Below, piece by piece: positions 58,987 through 64,000 of a stretch of 64,000 nt of DNA. Source of the DNA: Candidatus Multivoradales bacterium. GTDB taxonomy: Bacteria > Acidobacteriota > Thermoanaerobaculia > Multivoradales > J023. The stretch covers positions 832,001 through 896,000 of the forward strand of contig CBDFLE010000005.1 in the NCBI GenBank assembly GCA_965248925.1. Direction: 5' to 3'. The first letter of the stretch is position 1; each line of letters starts with the position of its first letter. The notes below the pieces were generated by a model. The model was not told where the DNA came from and made no database searches. It saw only the letters and a program-made list of their open reading frames with translations. Both the position numbers and the translations under genes were made by a program.

Positions 58987-60776
58987 CTTCGGGGGCGACC
59001 CGCGCCGCGCTGGACAGCGTGATAGCGGCCCAACTCGAAAGGGCCAAATTCTTCAACCGCGCCGCCGATCCACCGCACCTCGATGGCGGTGACTTCAGGA
59101 TCGTCACCCAACCCCACCAAGACCCTGGAATCGCTGGCCGAGAGATAGCTACCATCGCTGTGCACCCGCCGCCACAGGGTCGGTCCCTGGCGCCGGTGGA
59201 TGCCGATCCGGGCACCAAGGGCGGTGCTCCCCGACGACACGACCACCACCAACCCCAGCCACGGCACCTCCTGGCCTAGCTGATTGAGCAGCAGGCGAGC
59301 GCGGCCACCATTGTTGGTCACCAGCAGATCGAGATCGCCATCGTTGTCGATGTCCGCCACGGCCAATCCACGCGAAGTGTCAGGCACCGCGAAGGCGGCC
59401 CCCGCCCGCTCCCCCACTTCCTCGAAAAACGCTTCCCCTGCGCCCTTGGGCCGCTGCAAGAAGAGGTGGTTGGGCTGGTACAGCGTTCCCCCCTCGCCAT
59501 CGGCCCGGCCGCTGAACAGCCGCACCGCGCCGCTAGCCACCACTAAATCGAGCCAACCATCGTTGTCAGCGTCCAGGAAGGCCGTGCCGAAATTGGTGAG
59601 AGACAGGCTTGGTGCCGCCAGCCCCACGGCACGGGTGCGATCGCGAAAAATGCCGCCGCCCTGGTTACTGTAGAAGGTATCGGTTTCGCTGGCCAAGTGA
59701 GTGACCAAGATCTCGTCGTCGCCGTCGCGATCGACATCCCCCACCGCGATCCCCATCGATCCTTCGCGGCTGCCGGCGCCATTGGTGGCGCAGCCGCTGA
59801 GCAGGGCATCATCGATGAAGGCTAGTTGTCTTTGTTCGCCACCCAGATTGCGCCAGAGGCGGTTGTCGCCGGTGTCGTTGGCAACGTAGATATCGAGCCG
59901 CCCGTCGCCATCGAAGTCCGCCGCGATCACCCCGAGACCAGGACCGCGAGTGGCGCCAAGTCCCGCCACTTTGGTAACATCGGTAAACGAAACTCGGCCT
60001 TCGGCGTCCGGCCCCAGGTTGCGATAGAGACGATCAACCAAAGCCGGATAGCTCGCCGGACCACAGTAGTCCCGCGCCGAGCTGGCGCTGTGGCAAGGCG
60101 GCGCATCAAACCTGAAACTAAGATAGGCAGCTACCACCAGATCGAGCCAGCCATCGCCGTCAAAGTCAGCCCAAGCAGCGCTGGTAGTCCAACGTGGATC
60201 GCCAAGGCCAGCGGCGACTGTGCCGTCGACGAAAGTGCCATTGCCTACCGCTAGCCACAGCCGATCCGCTCCACCGAAGACTGTCACGTAGAGGTCGTCG
60301 TCGCCATCCTGGTCGACGTCCCCCACCGCGACTCCCATGCTGTAGGAAGAACCCTCGATGCCACTCGCCTCGGTCGTGTCAGTAAAGCTCAGCTGACCCT
60401 TCGGTATCAACTCGTTGCGCAGCAAGCGGTCGCGGGGCGCTTGCCGCCGCCCCGGGTTCCCCGCGGAGTCAGCGCCGGCTTGCATCGCTTCGTGGTTTCC
60501 CTGCAACAGAAAGAGATCGAGATCTCCATCGCCATCGACATCCAACCAAGCCGCGCCACTGCCCATGATCTCCGCGGAGTGGAGTTTGCCGCTAGCACCG
60601 TTGACATGCTGAAAATCAATTCCAGCGGACCCAGTGACATCGCGGAAAATCTGCACCTCGGGTTCGAGATCGCCAATGCCAGTCGGACGCTCCGGTGGTG
60701 ACGACGGCCCACAGGCCAACACCATGCTGGTCACTAGGCAGCTGGCAAGAAATATCTGACACCGCGACTGAGACAT
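58983..60776 (-). CDS. CRTAC1-family (FG-GAP/VCBS plus ASPIC/UnbV) lipoprotein
   Basis: VLAC lipobox, repeated DxDxDGxxDL, GSYLSASD..V..GLG. Confidence 0.9.
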   Translation of the reverse strand: MSQSRCQIFLASCLVTSMVLACGPSSPPERPTGIGDLEPEVQIFRDVTGSAGIDFQHVNGASGKLHSAEIMGSGAAWLDVDGDGDLDLFLLQGNHEAMQAGADSAGNPGRRQAPRDRLLRNELIPKGQLSFTDTTEASGIEGSSYSMGVAVGDVDQDGDDDLYVTVFGGADRLWLAVGNGTFVDGTVAAGLGDPRWTTSAAWADFDGDGWLDLVVAAYLSFRFDAPPCHSASSARDYCGPASYPALVDRLYRNLGPDAEGRVSFTDVTKVAGLGATRGPGLGVIAADFDGDGRLDIYVANDTGDNRLWRNLGGEQRQLAFIDDALLSGCATNGAGSREGSMGIAVGDVDRDGDDEILVTHLASETDTFYSNQGGGIFRDRTRAVGLAAPSLSLTNFGTAFLDADNDGWLDLVVASGAVRLFSGRADGEGGTLYQPNHLFLQRPKGAGEAFFEEVGERAGAAFAVPDTSRGLAVADIDNDGDLDLLVTNNGGRARLLLNQLGQEVPWLGLVVVVSSGSTALGARIGIHRRQGPTLWRRVHSDGSYLSASDSRVLVGLGDDPEVTAIEVRWIGGAVEEFGPFELGRYHAVQRGAGRPRS

Positions 60777-60789
60777 CTTCTTTATCTAT

Positions 60790-60845
60790 GTTCCTCGGCC
60801 ACCGTTCCTCGGCCACCGTTCCTTGATCACCGTTCCTCGATCACT
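60790..60845. repeat. 14-bp tandem repeat x4
   Basis: gttcctcggccacc, gttcctcggccacc, gttccttgatcacc, gttcctcgatcact. Confidence 0.9.
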
Positions 60846-62013
60846 TTTCCCCGATTACCGTCGCCAGCATGGCCTCGAAAGCAGCAGCCGAGCTTCTCAA
60901 GGAGTGCCTGGCGACCAACCAACGATGCGCTTTCTGGGCTTGTCTAGCCGCTGCTGGCGGATCGTCGAGTAGAGCGAGCAGCTGCTCGGCAAAGGCTTGG
61001 GAGTCCGCTGCGACGGCGAGTTCACCGCCCGAGAGATCGTCCAGGCCAGCCGCGCCGCCGAGGGTGGTCACCACCGGCAGCCCCTCCGCCATGGCTTCGA
61101 GGATCTTGATCGGCGTGCCCGACCCAGACCGCAGCGGCGCGATCGCCACCGCTGCTTGGCGCCGCAATTCAGCCAAGTCGGAGGGCTCGGCGATCAGTCG
61201 AATTCCTGATCTACCGTGAAGCCGCCGCTGCGCCCGGGTAGGCCGGCTACCGGCCAACCACAGCTCGGCATCGGGCCGCGCGCGGCGGATCCGCGGCCAC
61301 ACTCGGCGCAGCAACCAGGAAATACCCTCAACGGTGGGAAAATAACCTAGGTTGCCGGTCAAAATCACCCTGGGCTGTGACGGCTGGCGGGCTCGCGGCG
61401 AGGCCGCTAGGGGCAAACCCAGGGGAACTACTCGCAAGCGCTTGGCGACTTCAGGATGGCCCAACACGAGGGCCTGCCGATCGCGCTCGCTCACCACCAC
61501 CGCAGCCGCCGTTTGCTCTATCAGCCGGCGTTCCCAGCGCAGCATTCGCCGCCCTTCCCAATTCAAGAGTGGCCCGGCCCAGCGCTGGCGAGCGGCCCGT
61601 TGGGCCATGTTCAAACCTAGGCAGTCGACCAGATCGACCACTACCGGCACTGCCCCGCAGTCGCCGATCAAGGAACCCAAGCGAGCCAGTACCAGCACCA
61701 CCACATCAGGCTCGAAACGTCTTATTTCCAGCGCCAGTGCGCGGCGCAAACTAGGCAGGTGATACATCGCCACTTGCAACGGCCAGCGACCCAAGCCAGC
61801 GACCGCCGCAGCTGTCTGCTCAGTCCTGGTAATATCGACCCAGTGAGTCGCCAGAGGGCTCTCATGCTTGCCGGCCCGCTGGCCCACCGGCCGCGGCGCT
61901 AGCACCAAGCTCGGGTGGCGCTGGCACAGTTCGCCCACCAAGCCAGCCAGACGCATTTGGTACCCTCGCCGGGGTGGCCACGGCGAGGCGCTGCTCAACC
62001 ACAGAATTCGCAA
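60841..62013 (-). CDS. Glycosyltransferase family 4
   Basis: GNLGYFPT and APLRSGSGTPIKILEAMAEGLPVVTT motifs. Confidence 0.9.
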   Translation of the reverse strand: MRILWLSSASPWPPRRGYQMRLAGLVGELCQRHPSLVLAPRPVGQRAGKHESPLATHWVDITRTEQTAAAVAGLGRWPLQVAMYHLPSLRRALALEIRRFEPDVVVLVLARLGSLIGDCGAVPVVVDLVDCLGLNMAQRAARQRWAGPLLNWEGRRMLRWERRLIEQTAAAVVVSERDRQALVLGHPEVAKRLRVVPLGLPLAASPRARQPSQPRVILTGNLGYFPTVEGISWLLRRVWPRIRRARPDAELWLAGSRPTRAQRRLHGRSGIRLIAEPSDLAELRRQAAVAIAPLRSGSGTPIKILEAMAEGLPVVTTLGGAAGLDDLSGGELAVAADSQAFAEQLLALLDDPPAAARQAQKAHRWLVARHSLRSSAAAFEAMLATVIGEK

Positions 62014-62171
62014 AGTCAGCGCGCCTCGATTATTGATCGTTGATAGAGCATCTGTATTCTCGGCTTGAGCCGCCGCCGAACCCCGACTAGCTGGCGGCGG
62101 ATGGTCCCGGCAAGAACGATGAAGAGCTTAGATTATTGGCGCCAGCCGCCAGCAGATTGTATGATCTAACC

Positions 62172-63143
62172 ATGCTCCCCGCAGCTGCTTTCTTGCCTTC
62201 GGCATCGGTTGTGATCTGCACGCGAAATCGCTCGCGGCAGCTTCTTGAGGCTTGTCAGGCAGTCGCCCGTATTGACTATCCAGAAGACCTCTGGGAGGTC
62301 TTGATCGTCGACAATTCCTCCACCGACGACACTCTCGAGGTAGCCCACGGGTTTGCCGCCGAGCACTCCGATCTGGTGCGGGTGGTGGTCGAGAAGGAAC
62401 TGGGACTCTCAGCGGCCCGCAACGCCGGCATCCGCCACACCCAGGGCGATATTGTGGCCTTCATCGACGACGATGCAATCCCCGAAGCGGGCTGGCTAAA
62501 GGCTCTCGCGGAAGCCCTGCAACTGCCCTCTGCGATGGCTGCAGGAGGGCCGGTGGACCCGATCTTCGCCGGTGACTTACCCGCTTGGCTGGATGAGCGC
62601 TACTTGCCCTACATGACCGTCTGGGACCTGGGTGCCGAGCGTCAGGAACTGAAATACAACGAGTACCCGCGCGGCGCCAACGTGGCCTTCCGCCGCGATG
62701 CCCTGCGGCGCTATGGCAATTTCAGTACCCACCTTGGCCGCAAGGGCAAATCCTTGCTGTCTTGTGAGGAAATCGAACTCTGCCTACGCCTCGAACGAGG
62801 GGGAGGCAAGATCTTCTACGTTCCGGGTGCCCGCGTCGGCCACCATGTCAACGCCGAACGGATCAGTGAAGATTGGATGCTCGACCGCTTCGGCGCCCAA
62901 GGCCGCTCGGAAGCGATCGTCGATTGGCAACACGGAGGGTTGGCCGGGCTGCGGTTGGGTAGACGCCGTTTCAGCCGCTATGCCCGCGAAGCTCGCAGCC
63001 AGCAGGGTCCGTCTGGCGACCTCAACCGCCGCTTGCAGAAGTGCTCGCTCAGAGCCTACACCTGGAGCGCCCTGAGTTGCCCACTGCGGGTGCCACGCTA
63101 CTGCCCCCCTGATCCGGTCCGGCCTTGGCTACCGTCCTTGTAA
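62172..63143 (+). CDS. Glycosyltransferase family 2
   Basis: VVICTRNR, VDNSSTD, FIDDD and GANVAFRR motifs. Confidence 0.92.
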   Translation: MLPAAAFLPSASVVICTRNRSRQLLEACQAVARIDYPEDLWEVLIVDNSSTDDTLEVAHGFAAEHSDLVRVVVEKELGLSAARNAGIRHTQGDIVAFIDDDAIPEAGWLKALAEALQLPSAMAAGGPVDPIFAGDLPAWLDERYLPYMTVWDLGAERQELKYNEYPRGANVAFRRDALRRYGNFSTHLGRKGKSLLSCEEIELCLRLERGGGKIFYVPGARVGHHVNAERISEDWMLDRFGAQGRSEAIVDWQHGGLAGLRLGRRRFSRYAREARSQQGPSGDLNRRLQKCSLRAYTWSALSCPLRVPRYCPPDPVRPWLPSL

Positions 63144-64000
63144 GCGGGCCAGCCGGTTGCCCAAGAACTGAATCAGCGGCAACAGCCACGGCAACAGCCG
63201 TTCGCTGACACCGCCATAGGTCAGCTGCTGCCATAGCCAGCTCCAGCCTCTCAGCTCACTCTGGAGAAGCCGCGGGCTGCGCCACTCGGCCAGCAGCCGC
63301 GGCAAGGCATAGCGTTGACCCAAGCGGCGATATTGACGCCCCTCGAGCCACGCCTCCGACAATAACTGTCGGCAGCTAAATCCCCAGGCCCGAAATACCA
63401 CCGCCGCTGGTAGCAATGATGGCTGGCGCCCACCGGCTTCGACCTGCCGCAACCAATGTCGGCCGGCGAGGCGTGGCACCGGGGGAAAGGGATAAGCTCG
63501 CCACAGCGCTCGCGGCAAGGCAGCGCTGGCGAAGTCGAGGTCGACACCCTGTCGTTGCGCTAACCAGCCGCGTTGCAAAGGCTGGGACTCGGGCCGCAGC
63601 TGCCGAAAATCGAGGTGCCAACTTGAATCATGACGGGGATTCCGGCGCCAACAGTAGACTTGCCGTAGCAGCCCGCCCGCAGCAGCCGGCAAGGGCTCGA
63701 CATCAAAAGCCCGCGCCATCTTTTCCAGCCATCGCGAATCGGCAACCACCACATTGCCATCGAGCAGCACTAGCAATCGCCCGCGGGCCAGCGCGGCGGC
63801 CTGATTGAGACCACGGGCCTGATGGTAGGCACCTCGCGGGCGTAGGATTCGCGCCCCCGCTTGGCCCAGGATCTTCGCCTGGTCTCGCCCCGGCCCCCAG
63901 TCGATCACCAGCAGCTCGTATTTTCGGTTGCTCTGCTGCTCAGTAAGTGCTTCGAGGCAGGGTTCGAGTAGGCGGGTCCAGGGCGGCAGGTCGAGCAGAA
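63129..64000 (-). CDS. Divergent glycosyltransferase family 2 (5' end beyond window)
   Basis: Frame open to the window end: LEPCLEALTEQ..YELLVIDWG, ARGLNQAA..ARGRLLVLLDGN (DxD degenerate). Confidence 0.65.
   Translation of the reverse strand, partial: LLDLPPWTRLLEPCLEALTEQQSNRKYELLVIDWGPGRDQAKILGQAGARILRPRGAYHQARGLNQAAALARGRLLVLLDGNVVVADSRWLEKMARAFDVEPLPAAAGGLLRQVYCWRRNPRHDSSWHLDFRQLRPESQPLQRGWLAQRQGVDLDFASAALPRALWRAYPFPPVPRLAGRHWLRQVEAGGRQPSLLPAAVVFRAWGFSCRQLLSEAWLEGRQYRRLGQRYALPRLLAEWRSPRLLQSELRGWSWLWQQLTYGGVSERLLPWLLPLIQFLGNRLARLQGR

Noticed and set aside
60790-60845. CRISPR array
   Set aside because: 14-bp units with no spacers and no cas genes; no CRISPR-like array was seen anywhere in the window.

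Overview
High-GC bacterial chromosome segment; the gene families resemble Acidobacteriota such as Thermoanaerobaculia (inference, not tested). Most of 16.5-51 kb is housekeeping: selA, tRNA-Leu/Cys/Gly/Gly, yraN, cysS, def, thiE, acpS, lspA, rluD, ald, hpt, ridA, ribE, ribD, ftsY, aroB, aspS and a GspE/PilB ATPase. A cell-surface/glycosylation region follows at 49.7-64 kb. The most interesting part is a ~10.8 kb element (5707-16487) integrated at the 3' end of tRNA-Leu(TAA). It has 53-bp att repeats, paired TGGTTACT arm-type sites, IHF-like sites, a tyrosine integrase, a frameshifted excisionase and an iteron-like inverted repeat, but no primase, capsid or conjugation genes. Its cargo is two 'secreted enzyme plus secreted partner' gene pairs and a TPR protein. 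The first pair is a Cys-rich, eukaryote-like secreted phospholipase A2 with a lipoprotein. The second is a secreted protein with a metzincin-like protease, which an IS3-like element with atypical ends has split inside its signal peptide. A decayed remnant of a sister element lies just outside the att site. Also seen: shared C-terminal motifs on unrelated secreted proteins, an apparent degenerate radical-SAM/PolX-HhH fusion, an IS4 next to a truncated gene, and a GT-C/TPR gene with an in-frame TAA. All family assignments come from motifs read by eye; no database search was run.
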